IMG/VR virus record: IMGVR_UViG_3300028103_000018
Span: 1-61,387 of that record
Length of the DNA stretch: 61,387 nucleotides
Direction: 5' to 3' (one strand)
Origin: a virus
Lineage: Duplodnaviria > Caudoviricetes
Shown here: one piece after another, positions 17,887 to 26,822 of the stretch
How positions within the stretch are numbered: position 1 is the stretch's first letter
How the letters are laid out: each line of letters starts with the position of its first letter
Program-made: the position numbers and the translations under genes
Notes under the pieces: model-generated
What the model was told of the DNA's origin: nothing
The model's input: the letters and a program-made list of their open reading frames with translations, nothing else
Databases searched by the model: none

Positions 17887-19751
17887 TTCAGGCCATCCGG
17901 CTGTATCTGGAATCTATTGGCACCAAGCCTCCAGCCAACCTGAGACCCGTTAGAAGAGACCCTGAAGGCCATCTGCCTGCCGCGAATGCGGATCCCCTTC
18001 TGTGTGTCTCCGTTCTGAACTGTGACCGTAGGACCGTTGGTGAACGACTCCATTGGGTAGTTCCTGTACTTGAAGGACATGCTGATGGCTGGAGTGCCAG
18101 AAGTGCCACGGAACATAACGTCAGGGATCACCCTGCTGACGAATGAGAACTGTTCGCCGTCATCGATGTCGAGATCACTGGATTCAACATACGAAACCAT
18201 GGGGCTACCGTCATCGTCATATCCAGTCTCGTGCTGATAGATGTACCCTGTCGTGTTCGTCTCGGCGCCAGAAGCAGCGATTCGATTCGTGGCAAGGGGG
18301 TATGTGTTATACCCAGAGTCCAGCCAAGCAGTGCGGTTCATAGTGCCGACAGACCACACCTGCTCGTCGTAGTTGTAGATAACGTAGCTGTCGGTGTCCT
18401 CTGAGTTGGCGGACGGGTAGAACCAGATCACCTCGTTGTAGAGAGAGTTGACCCCGGCGAACACCTTATACCGCTGCTCAAGGTTGATGTTCTTGAAGAT
18501 GTAGTCGCGAACTGGACACGGCAGGACCTGAATGGATCCAGCGTATTGGTAGAAATTGTTTACGTCCATCCAGAAGACAATGCTTCGTGCGTCTACGGCA
18601 GCGTTGGGGGAGATGATAGAGGCAGAGTCACTCACCTGATTAACAGAGAACGTATAGGGAGGGCCGCTGTACGCCATGACATGCGTGCTTACGTCAGTCC
18701 ACACCACGATCTGCTGCTGCGTTTCGTGGCACCCAATGATCTCAGACCCGCTGGAGATTCTGAAGTCTCCAGCAGTGTTGTCTGTGCGAGGTTCCCAGTC
18801 GAGGTAGTCCTCTTGGGAAGACCACCGGATCAGGAGAGGATCCTGTGTTGTGCCGAATACAGGGTTAGGGCCGATAGCAATGACATGCCTGTCGATGTCG
18901 CTGACGAGGATCTTGTTGGCAACAGTAGGGCATTCGTTGGCACCAGAGATGGAGGACAGTTCCACGGCGCGAACGGCAGTTGGGTTCCCGCCAGAGGTTG
19001 TCCAGTAGTAGATGCCGCCACCCCGAACATTGGTAATCAGGTCCTCGCCATAGTTGTCCTGGGACCAGAGTCTGATCTGCTGAGAGGGAACGCCAATCGA
19101 ATACCCAGACCCCCATCCACCCCGGCTCCAGGGACCAGCGCCCCAGCCACCGCCAAACACCTGAGAGTCCAGGCCAGTGTTGATCTGGTAGGCAGCGGAT
19201 ACAGAAGCCCCGCCACCAGTCACTCCACCAGCGGAAGCGCCAGAACTAGCGCCACTCACAAGGATCTTGTATTGGTTGGCGCTGACAACTTCCACAACCT
19301 GAAACTCAGCATTAAGAAGCGCCGCAGTGAACACAGTGTCGAATGTAGTAGCGCCAGAGAATGTGACGAAGTCGTTGAGTACTACGCCGTTACTTGTGTC
19401 GCTGACGAGTAGATACTTACTGCCAGCGTCTACGGTGTTGAATGGGTTGGACCCAAGCGTGACCGTTCTGCGAATAGGGGTGATGTCGTAGAGGGTGTTC
19501 CCGGTCTCTACATACAACTTCAGGTTCGTCCCGACTCCAAGGTAGGTCTCCAGGTCGAGAGTGAACCACTGGTGCAGGCTCCTGCAAGTGCCGAGAAATG
19601 TGGAGGTGACGTACTTGACCCAGCCACCGATCTGCTCAGGAAACCCCAGGCGGAACCTGACCTTGTCCGAGTCGTACCAACCACCCTCGTTAGCGTAGTT
19701 CGTAAGATCTCTAACGATCCCCTGTCTTGGCTGAATCTTAATCAGCGGCAC
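17883..19751 (-). CDS. Tail tube/stabilisation (nozzle, P22 gp10-like) protein
   Basis: 622 aa beta-rich; GWYDSDKVRFR.G.P..IGGW and WS.DNYGEDL. Confidence 0.75.
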   Translation of the reverse strand: MPLIKIQPRQGIVRDLTNYANEGGWYDSDKVRFRLGFPEQIGGWVKYVTSTFLGTCRSLHQWFTLDLETYLGVGTNLKLYVETGNTLYDITPIRRTVTLGSNPFNTVDAGSKYLLVSDTSNGVVLNDFVTFSGATTFDTVFTAALLNAEFQVVEVVSANQYKILVSGASSGASAGGVTGGGASVSAAYQINTGLDSQVFGGGWGAGPWSRGGWGSGYSIGVPSQQIRLWSQDNYGEDLITNVRGGGIYYWTTSGGNPTAVRAVELSSISGANECPTVANKILVSDIDRHVIAIGPNPVFGTTQDPLLIRWSSQEDYLDWEPRTDNTAGDFRISSGSEIIGCHETQQQIVVWTDVSTHVMAYSGPPYTFSVNQVSDSASIISPNAAVDARSIVFWMDVNNFYQYAGSIQVLPCPVRDYIFKNINLEQRYKVFAGVNSLYNEVIWFYPSANSEDTDSYVIYNYDEQVWSVGTMNRTAWLDSGYNTYPLATNRIAASGAETNTTGYIYQHETGYDDDGSPMVSYVESSDLDIDDGEQFSFVSRVIPDVMFRGTSGTPAISMSFKYRNYPMESFTNGPTVTVQNGDTQKGIRIRGRQMAFRVSSNGSQVGWRLGANRFQIQPDGLK

Positions 19752-19760
19752 ACAAACTCC

Positions 19761-20081
19761 TTAAAGCGAGTCTTTGGCCTTCATCTGCTGGTAGGCTGCT
19801 TCAACCGCCCTGGCAATGACCTCGACTGGCACGTTCTTCATCTTCTTCTGAGCAGCCTTGATTGCCAGCTCTTTCAGCATCTTACCGGATTCACCCGGTT
19901 CAGAGAGAATGAAGTCCTTAACCCCGATCAGATTGGCGCAGGCGATGATCTCGTCGTCAGCCTTCGTAGGGGTCATGGTGGCAATCAGTTCTACAACAGG
20001 GTACACGGTGCCGACAACACCCTTAACGACAGCCAGCTTCGACGGAGAGAAGATGGACTTGAGTTTCCCGAAGAAAGACAT
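19761..20081 (-). CDS. Hypothetical protein (possibly holin-like)
   Basis: SD AAGGAG; amphipathic N-terminus; TPTKADD motif. Confidence 0.55.
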   Translation of the reverse strand: MSFFGKLKSIFSPSKLAVVKGVVGTVYPVVELIATMTPTKADDEIIACANLIGVKDFILSEPGESGKMLKELAIKAAQKKMKNVPVEVIARAVEAAYQQMKAKDSL

Positions 20082-20089
20082 GGCGCTCC

Positions 20090-20452
20090 TTATGCGAGGT
20101 TTTCGAGCTTGTACTTGGTGCTTGCCAGCAACGTAAGGATGCTGTCGATAGAGTTCTGAATGTGGCTCTCGTCGCCCATCTGGCTGCGGTTCCTGGTGAC
20201 GTACTCGTAGAGTTCAGAGACGAACTTTACAGGATCCTTGGGGCAGACAAACTTTTCGCTAGGGAATGACGTAGGCACACCGTGAACACCGAAGCATTCT
20301 TCAGCAAGAGAGTCGGCGGCATCAGACAGCCCATCGTAGAGAGACCCGAGAGCCTTGTGCCGAGCATAAGCGCCGGGGCCTTTCGTCATCAGGTGCAGCA
20401 TGTGCGCTGCGGTGACTCCGTGCAGGAGCTTGGAAATGAAGTCAGCGTGCAT
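20090..20452 (-). CDS. Ferritin/Dps-like four-helix protein (DUF5856-like)
   Basis: H..HL.T...YARHKALG..YD.L....D..AE...G and IQN.ID.I..L...TKYKL; start re-called at MHADF. Confidence 0.7.
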   Translation of the reverse strand: MHADFISKLLHGVTAAHMLHLMTKGPGAYARHKALGSLYDGLSDAADSLAEECFGVHGVPTSFPSEKFVCPKDPVKFVSELYEYVTRNRSQMGDESHIQNSIDSILTLLASTKYKLENLA

Positions 20453-20456
20453 AGAA

Positions 20457-20798
20457 TTACTGCTGCCACGGGGGCGGCAGGACCTCCACAGGTGGGTTGA
20501 TTTGGTTGTCGATGTCTTTGTCGATACTGGCATCGATAAGGGCAAGCTGCTCAGTGCCGAGAGAAGTCTCCACCCAGCCAATCACCTGATTCTCTGTCAG
20601 TTGATCGTAGGGGGTGAAGTTGTACGGATCCGGAGTGCCGAGGTTGGACATGCCAGAGCGAGACGCATTGTACGTAACGCTGTTGCTGACGCGAGATCCA
20701 AGCCGATCCCAGTAGACTACGATAACGACATCAGTCAAGCTACCCTCGACTGGCTTTACCGTCATGACCTTGATGTTCCAAGAGAAGCTCGTTGGCAT
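20457..20798 (-). CDS. Conserved fibre-associated protein
   Basis: FSWNI..M...DVV..VYW...FTPYDQLTE.QVIGWV...PPW; start re-called at MPTSF. Confidence 0.65.
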   Translation of the reverse strand: MPTSFSWNIKVMTVKPVEGSLTDVVIVVYWDRLGSRVSNSVTYNASRSGMSNLGTPDPYNFTPYDQLTENQVIGWVETSLGTEQLALIDASIDKDIDNQINPPVEVLPPPWQQ

Positions 20799-21991
20799 TA
20801 GAGATCCTTCCACAAAACAGATGGAGATATTTGATAGCAACCCTGAAACGTGTCCGTGTCGGTGTTGTAGATAATCATTCCCTTGATGGCAGTCATGGCA
20901 TTCCGCTGAGTCGTCGTCATGCGGGAGAGAAGAATAGCCCTGGTAGTGCTTTGAAGCTCAATCCCAACACTGGGGCCAGAGGTTTGGTTGCCTAGACCGC
21001 CAGCGACCTGCTGCCCGATAATGAAGCGACCCCCGCCGTCAATCCTGGCTACCTGCTGAAAAGCTACAGACCCAGGAGCGGTGGTGCTAAAAACGATCCC
21101 GGTAGCCGCAGTGGAGTTCGTGTAGTTCTCCTCGGCCTGAATTGCAACCTGACCCAAGTCGCTCGTAGAGTATGCGCTGGTTAGATACCCTCGACCAGTA
21201 AAGGCAGAAAGGAAAGCCGAAGAGAGTACCGCAGACGGAGACGATGCAGTGCCAAGGCAGAGCCTCCCAAGAAACCAACCAGCATTACCAACTCCGTCAA
21301 TGGAGATCCTGGAGCTAGTAGTGATTCCATCGCCAATCAAGTGAATTCCAGTAAAGGAAGGGGCGGATATGGAGTTAGCGCCAGAGACAGAGAATGGCGC
21401 TGTCGGAGCAATGCTTCCCACACCAAACCTGCTGTTCGTGCTGTCGATAGCGGCAATCTGAGTGCCACCAGAAGTCTGGAAGGCAATGGCGGAAGTGGAG
21501 TTCGTCCCAGGCTTTACGGCAAGAGCAGCGGCAGAAGTATATGTTCCGGCGCTGAACTCGGTAGTCTTGAACTTCGTGAATACCTCAGCAACTGCGGCAC
21601 CAGATCCAGCGCCATTGCAATACACGACAGAAGAGTACCCAGCGGCAATAGTGACGCTCCCGCCACTACCCTGTGTGATGATGACGCTCTGGTTCGTGTT
21701 GTTCTGGATGAAGTAGTGCTTCTCGACTTCCGGCGGATCAATGGTAATCGTATGCGTGCCGCTAGGAGATCCGCCCAGGATCAGAATCTTGTTTCTGCCG
21801 TCAGGGCTAGCAGCAGCGCCGGGGGAGATGGTGAGGGTAGTACTTGTCCCAGACAGAGAGATCGAGACAACGCCGTCGATAGCAGTGTCGTACAGGTCGA
21901 AGTTCGTGTTGGTACTCGTTCCCCAAGTACCCGTCTCGTCACCCGTGGCGATCTTCTTGATCTTGTTGTTTGAGGTGTATGTGGGAGGCAT
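20798..21991 (-). CDS. Tail fibre/spike-like structural protein
   Basis: IATGDE.GTWG..TNTN N-terminal anchor; Gly/Ser/Thr-rich; C-terminal RMTT.QR...GMIIYNT. Confidence 0.7.
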   Translation of the reverse strand: MPPTYTSNNKIKKIATGDETGTWGTSTNTNFDLYDTAIDGVVSISLSGTSTTLTISPGAAASPDGRNKILILGGSPSGTHTITIDPPEVEKHYFIQNNTNQSVIITQGSGGSVTIAAGYSSVVYCNGAGSGAAVAEVFTKFKTTEFSAGTYTSAAALAVKPGTNSTSAIAFQTSGGTQIAAIDSTNSRFGVGSIAPTAPFSVSGANSISAPSFTGIHLIGDGITTSSRISIDGVGNAGWFLGRLCLGTASSPSAVLSSAFLSAFTGRGYLTSAYSTSDLGQVAIQAEENYTNSTAATGIVFSTTAPGSVAFQQVARIDGGGRFIIGQQVAGGLGNQTSGPSVGIELQSTTRAILLSRMTTTQRNAMTAIKGMIIYNTDTDTFQGCYQISPSVLWKDL

Positions 21992-22422
21992 CAGTTTGTC
22001 ACCGAGCTAATCACAGCGATTGCGTTGTTCACATCAGCAACAGGGAACTGGATAGAGAACGTGCCGCTGGATACCGTCTTGTCAGTGCCGAAGTCCAGCA
22101 CGAAGATGGACTTGTTGGATTTCGAGGAGTTGTAGACGAGAGCGCCCCGGCAGGTGAATGTGGCGCTAGTCCAGTTCACATCGGCAAAGTCGAGGATGGC
22201 GTAGTTGCCCGTCAGCGTGACAGTGCAGGTCAGAGTCTTTCCGCCAGCAGTGTATCCAGTGCCGGTAATCTCGTTCGTCGTGCTGTAGACAGTCGTCGAA
22301 CTGTCAATCGTAGCGGCGCTTGAGTACAAGGCAATCTTGATGACATCCGTTGAGAAGTCGTGAACAGCAAGCAGAAGCTGCTCTTTGAATGAGTTCGTTA
22401 CATAGCTACCAGTGAATGCCAT
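21991..22422 (-). CDS. Conserved virion structural protein
   Basis: SFKEQLL.A.HDF...KIALY...TT.YS..NE..GTGYTAGG. Confidence 0.7.
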   Translation of the reverse strand: MAFTGSYVTNSFKEQLLLAVHDFSTDVIKIALYSSAATIDSSTTVYSTTNEITGTGYTAGGKTLTCTVTLTGNYAILDFADVNWTSATFTCRGALVYNSSKSNKSIFVLDFGTDKTVSSGTFSIQFPVADVNNAIAVISSVTN

Positions 22423-22424
22423 GT

Positions 22425-23081
22425 TTAGCCAATGTTCCTTTTGCTATCGGGGTTCCGGTAGTTGTCCATCCGCTGTTCGTCCTCAGCGACATTCTTGAGT
22501 TCCATCAGACCAAGCTGATACAGCTTCTCGTACTGCTGCTGCATCTGGGGATCGCCCTTCAGGAACGTGTACGCCTCTACAAGACAGCCGTACAGGAGAG
22601 TCTGCGGGAAGTAGTTGCTGACCCAAGTTGTGTTGCTATCAGCGCCCACAATCGTGTCAGCGGTCTTGTAGTAGTACAAGGTGTACCCCAAAGATGAACT
22701 AGGGGATGGCGCTATGAGAATTGTCGTAGAGCCACCCCCAGCCGACAGGATAGCGTAGTACGCCGGAGATCCGCTGGACCCAGCAGACGAAGCGGTTACG
22801 CCAAAGGCCTCCGTCAAATACGAAGGCTCCTTGAGTAGAAGTCCAGTCTCAATTCCACCGATACTCACAAACAAACTCAGTGGCATCACAAAGTCGCTAG
22901 GCGTGGTGATCGTCTGAGTAGTCGCAGTTCCAGTAGAAGTGCTTCGAGAGTCTGGAGACTTCACATCCCTGTTGATACGCTGCTCTGCAAGCTGGATAAT
23001 GACATCCAGGTTCGCGAGGAACGTGGCTTCCTCGGACTGGACGTAATCCTTGATCTGCTCTTTGAGTTCAGCGTATGTCAT
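22425..23081 (-). CDS. Head-tail adaptor/closure protein
   Basis: MTYAELK..I.DY...I..AEQRI and LLYGCLVEAY.FLKG motifs. Confidence 0.75.
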   Translation of the reverse strand: MTYAELKEQIKDYVQSEEATFLANLDVIIQLAEQRINRDVKSPDSRSTSTGTATTQTITTPSDFVMPLSLFVSIGGIETGLLLKEPSYLTEAFGVTASSAGSSGSPAYYAILSAGGGSTTILIAPSPSSSLGYTLYYYKTADTIVGADSNTTWVSNYFPQTLLYGCLVEAYTFLKGDPQMQQQYEKLYQLGLMELKNVAEDEQRMDNYRNPDSKRNIG

Positions 23082-23111
23082 TTCTGGCCTTCTCCTAGGA
23101 TAGCGCCAGGG

Positions 23112-24158
23112 TTAGTTCATCGGGCCGGTCGGGCGGATCTTCTTCGAGATGCCGTAGCCTTTGCACATGCCGCCGCCAGCGTACTTCGCAGCGCCGCCCT
23201 TAGCGAACTTCTGACCAGTGCTTTGCGGGGTGGGCTTGCCCATCGCCATCTTCTTGTGCTGCGGCATTTCACCAGCAGCCTTGCCCATCTTGTCCGTCTT
23301 GCCACCCTTCGCGTACTTGGGGGTGAGCATGCTGTCCATCGAGTTCTTCGAGTTCCCTTTCATGGAACCTCCTTTGAATTTGCGGATAGCGCCGCCTTCG
23401 CTTTTCTTCGGAGGTTCACCCCCGGAAGACTTCTTCTTGCTCTTCATTATCTCGATCAGCCCAGGCAGCGCCGCCATAATCGGGGCAGCGATCTGACCGC
23501 CCTTGCCACCTTGACCAGCCATAGCGCCGAGAGCAATGAACTTGCCGTACTCCTGCATGAACTTCTTGAGGCCAGCCTTGGTCTTGGGGATCTCGCCTGC
23601 GGCTTTCGCCATATCAGCAGGAGTGCCAGTAGAAGCGGTGGCAGATTCAGAATACTTGCGCCTACCAAAGATGTCAGACAAGTCAATCTGCTTAGGCATG
23701 AAGATCATTTGAGCAGGCGGAGCAGCCGTGGGGCTAGCCACATTGGCTTGAGGCTGAGGAGATGGCTCCGGGAACCTGCTCTTGAATTCATCCATATAGA
23801 GATTGCCAACAGCATCAGGCTTGGGAGAGGCCTTGCCAGATACACCACGACGAGAAGCCGGAGGAGTTGGCTTCGGCATGCTGGCAGTCATTCCTTTAGT
23901 CAGATCCAAGGACCTTCTTCCTGTGGATTCAAGTTGCTTGTTCAGCTTTTCCTGTTCAATCCTTTGAGGAAGATCTGGATCACCACCCATTAGCCCAATA
24001 AGAAACCTACTGGCTCCAGTGATTCCCCTGCCAAGGGCGCCAGCCACTTGCCTCTCGGGGGACTGAACTTCCTGGTCAGGGAATTTCATAGGGGAACTAC
24101 CAGTGAAGGCCCCCGCCTGCGCCCTTACGACTTTCTTTTCTTTCTTGAACTTTGGCAT
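23112..24158 (-). CDS. Basic low-complexity protein with repeated [YF]xxGG motifs (probable capsid-internal protein)
   Basis: Lys/Gly/Met-rich; KFKGG, YAKGG, FAKGG, YAGGG. Confidence 0.6.
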   Translation of the reverse strand: MPKFKKEKKVVRAQAGAFTGSSPMKFPDQEVQSPERQVAGALGRGITGASRFLIGLMGGDPDLPQRIEQEKLNKQLESTGRRSLDLTKGMTASMPKPTPPASRRGVSGKASPKPDAVGNLYMDEFKSRFPEPSPQPQANVASPTAAPPAQMIFMPKQIDLSDIFGRRKYSESATASTGTPADMAKAAGEIPKTKAGLKKFMQEYGKFIALGAMAGQGGKGGQIAAPIMAALPGLIEIMKSKKKSSGGEPPKKSEGGAIRKFKGGSMKGNSKNSMDSMLTPKYAKGGKTDKMGKAAGEMPQHKKMAMGKPTPQSTGQKFAKGGAAKYAGGGMCKGYGISKKIRPTGPMN

Positions 24159-24167
24159 GCCTTCTCC

Positions 24168-24476
24168 CTAGCTGACCGTAATTGTAACCCGCCCTAGAGT
24201 AACGTAGATCTTGTTCGGCAGCACAGGGTTCCAGCCAAAATACTCTCGTGTCGGCGGATTCTGCTGCGAAGCAGTTCTTGGATTCTCCAGCGCAATAGCC
24301 TCGCCTCTGACGTACCTGCCGATCTGAAGCTGAGGATTGTCTATATCGAAGCACTCTTCGCATACAAGAAGACCATTCCATCTCTGGTTGTAGATGTACT
24401 TCTTGAGATTCGTGTACTTCACCTGCCTAGCGCAGATGTCGCACATCGCGATTGCGTGCTTACCGGAAGCGTACAT
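24168..24476 (-). CDS. Zn-binding conserved virion protein
   Basis: YASGKHAIAMCDIC...GLLVCEEC. Confidence 0.7.
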   Translation of the reverse strand: MYASGKHAIAMCDICARQVKYTNLKKYIYNQRWNGLLVCEECFDIDNPQLQIGRYVRGEAIALENPRTASQQNPPTREYFGWNPVLPNKIYVTLGRVTITVS

Positions 24477-25168
24477 TACCAGCCATACCCTCCAGGCACA
24501 AGCATGACCGCAGACCGCTGACGATCTTCGTCCGCAGCCCGTTGGAATTCCTCTTCGTACAGCGCCTTCAGTTCAGGGATCCTGGCGAATGCTTCCGGCC
24601 TCTTGCAAGCAAGCTGGTAGGCCAAGCCCGCAATCAGCGCCGGAACAAACCTGAACGGCACATCCATATTGTTGTTGGCGTTGGTCCCCACATCCTGCTG
24701 CCTGCGGAGGCGGTAGTACACGAACTGCCTGGAGATCGTATCGTCAGGAACCTGCCAGAACGTGATCTGAGGCGTGGTCGTATCCCGTGCAACGTAGAAC
24801 TGGATGGGAGTGCCACGAAGCAACTTGTTGGGCAGGGTGTTGTAGGTGACGAACGATATCCGGGTGATGGCGATGTCGGTCTGCTGATTCGTCTGACCGG
24901 GGTATGTCCTGATCACACCTTCAAGGATGTCAATTGTGTCGTCAGGCAGGTTGTAGGTAGCAGTGCCAGCAGTAAGAGCAAGAGTCCCCTGCTCCACGCA
25001 CCACAGGTTCAGCCCACGGTTCGCCCACTCCATCGACAGAAGGTTCAGGCTTCTGCGGGCGGTCCTGATCTCGTAGCCACCCTTGACCTCAATTCCAACC
25101 CGCTCGTACGCTTCCTCGATAATGTCGAGGATGTTGATGTTCCAAGTTGCCGTGCCTGAAGTAGACAT
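24476..25168 (-). CDS. Head-tail adaptor protein
   Basis: TSGT..WN..I.DIIEEAYER...ARRSLNLL..EWANRG.NLW and VPFRF.P.L.AGLAY. Confidence 0.8.
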   Translation of the reverse strand: MSTSGTATWNINILDIIEEAYERVGIEVKGGYEIRTARRSLNLLSMEWANRGLNLWCVEQGTLALTAGTATYNLPDDTIDILEGVIRTYPGQTNQQTDIAITRISFVTYNTLPNKLLRGTPIQFYVARDTTTPQITFWQVPDDTISRQFVYYRLRRQQDVGTNANNNMDVPFRFVPALIAGLAYQLACKRPEAFARIPELKALYEEEFQRAADEDRQRSAVMLVPGGYGW

Positions 25169-25238
25169 TACCTGAACCTCTTGAAGGTATCAAAATTTCG
25201 ATTGACCGTATTGGTGCGCCAATGCAATAATCCACTCA

Positions 25239-25790
25239 ATGGAACACGAAACGGAAGAGATCTGGGCCGAGATTCAAGGAACCGATGGAAGGTATTCGAT
25301 AAGCAGCCTTGGGAGATTGCGGTCAAACTGGGCAGACATCCCTCAAAAGAACTTAAGGAAAAGGATGAGAATTGAAAAGCAAAAAATACTGAAACCAGTA
25401 ATCCATACAACTGGATACCTGAGAGCATCCCTCGGCAGACAGAGCTCGAAATACATTCATAGACTGGTTGCTCAAGCTTTCGTGCCAAATCCAGAGAACC
25501 TAGCGCAAGTCGATCACATTGACGGAATCCGGACGAACAACTCCGCAAGCAATCTTCGATGGGTGAGCCCGAGAGATAACTCAATATTCGGCGGAGAGAG
25601 GCACGGATGGATTTCTCAGAAAATAGCAAACGCAAAGCGAAGGATTCACGAGGCAAGAAGAAGTGAGTACCAATCCCTTGTTGAGGCTGGATACAGCTAT
25701 CGAAAAATAGCGAAGATGTTTGGCACATCGCATACCTCCATAAGGGCTGGCCTGTCCCCATACAAAGACCCAATAGCCGAAAAAAGCTGA
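25239..25790 (+). CDS. NUMOD4-HNH homing endonuclease, antisense within the structural operon
   Basis: EIW.EI...GRYSISSLGR (NUMOD4); HRLVAQAF...VDHIDG.RTNN.ASNLRW; C-terminal HTH; AT-rich. Confidence 0.9.
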   Translation: MEHETEEIWAEIQGTDGRYSISSLGRLRSNWADIPQKNLRKRMRIEKQKILKPVIHTTGYLRASLGRQSSKYIHRLVAQAFVPNPENLAQVDHIDGIRTNNSASNLRWVSPRDNSIFGGERHGWISQKIANAKRRIHEARRSEYQSLVEAGYSYRKIAKMFGTSHTSIRAGLSPYKDPIAEKS

Positions 25791-25806
25791 GGCTTGGTGT
25801 ATCCCA

Positions 25807-25971
25807 CTAGAAGCCCTTCTTTACCTTCGGCGCTTGGAGCTTGGAGAACTTCCGAGCGACAGTAGGCTTAGAGTACGCGCCCTCTCCGAACTGGGCTTTA
25901 GCAGACTTGGCAGGCTTCCTCTTCATAGAAGGGGTGCCGACCTGCTTCCCCATGCTGAATCGACCGATCAT
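25807..25971 (-). CDS. Small basic protein (54 aa, MIGRFSMGKQVG...), below the ORF track cutoff
   Basis: ATG overlaps upstream TGA; SD GGAGG; ends TAG at 25807. Confidence 0.6.
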   Translation of the reverse strand: MIGRFSMGKQVGTPSMKRKPAKSAKAQFGEGAYSKPTVARKFSKLQAPKVKKGF

Positions 25972-26132
25972 TTCTTAACCCTCCGAGCTTCCGACAGTGC
26001 GATAGCAATGCCCTGCTTCGGGTTCGTGACCTTCTGACCGGAGGAAGACTTGAGCTTCCCGGCCTTGAACTCGTGCATGACCTTGCCAACCTTGCCTTGC
26101 TGCTGCGCCGACATCTTCATTTGGCCCTTCAT
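25968..26132 (-). CDS. DUF6496-like small basic protein (54 aa)
   Basis: KVGKVMHEFKAGKLKSSSGQKVTNPKQGIAIALSEAR. Confidence 0.75.
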   Translation of the reverse strand: MKGQMKMSAQQQGKVGKVMHEFKAGKLKSSSGQKVTNPKQGIAIALSEARRVKK

Positions 26133-26134
26133 GA

Positions 26135-26404
26135 TTACCCCCAGCAGACAGTGATTGCGTCAATATTTGTAGCCGATAGATAGATGTTCGTATCAAAACG
26201 AACTCCGTTACCACCAAGAGGGATGGCTGTCGTTGAGTTGTTTGGAAGCGATATGTCTATCAAGATATCTCCAGCAGCACCACCATCTCTTAACTGAAAT
26301 GAGCCAGCCAGTGCGGTATGGGCGAATATCGTTACAACCCTACCTGGACCGTCAAATACCAGTCCTGCTGCCGTCAGCTTCTTGCACGTCAAGTCGCTAA
26401 TCAT
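26135..26404 (-). CDS. Small conserved structural protein
   Basis: Beta-rich 89 aa ending IP..GV.F...IY; coupled to neighbours. Confidence 0.65.
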   Translation of the reverse strand: MISDLTCKKLTAAGLVFDGPGRVVTIFAHTALAGSFQLRDGGAAGDILIDISLPNNSTTAIPLGGNGVRFDTNIYLSATNIDAITVCWG

Positions 26405-26735
26405 ACTTCTTCACCTTCTGGGAGGCCGGGGGTGCCTTCTTGCTACCTGAAGGCCCAGCCCACAATACCTTGCGAGACCAGTAGTTCGCGGAGAGCTTGG
26501 AGTCCTTGCCTTTGATACCGGCGCTACGAGCCATGTAGCTCTTCCTGGCAGCGGCACTGTAGTTGTGGCCCATAGAAGCGTCACCGAAGTGAACCAGCTT
26601 TACCTGATCGCCTTCTTTCGCCAGCACCATCTTCTTCTTGGCAGGATTGGACGACTTGATAGGCTTGTTGAATCCAGGGAACGTATGCCCACGATATTCA
26701 ATGCCGCCGCCGGATGTACGCTTGAACTTCTGCAT
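26397..26735 (-). CDS. Conserved basic phage protein (DUF5754-like)
   Basis: KKKMVL..VHFGD..M...ARKSY.AR...KLSANYWSRKVLW. Confidence 0.65.
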   Translation of the reverse strand: MQKFKRTSGGGIEYRGHTFPGFNKPIKSSNPAKKKMVLAKEGDQVKLVHFGDASMGHNYSAAARKSYMARSAGIKGKDSKLSANYWSRKVLWAGPSGSKKAPPASQKVKKYD

Positions 26736-26822
26736 TCAGATTCTTCCCGTCTCTAAGGACATGATATTCTCTTTGGCGCTGATATAGAGGATGACTTCCA
26801 ATCGGCGCATCGTTGACCTAGA

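Noticed and set aside
25168-25773. 201-aa minus-strand ORF spanning the HNH gene
   Set aside because: Antisense to a clear HNH, and out of frame with the upstream GYTKP stub; only its last codons may be a genuine remnant.
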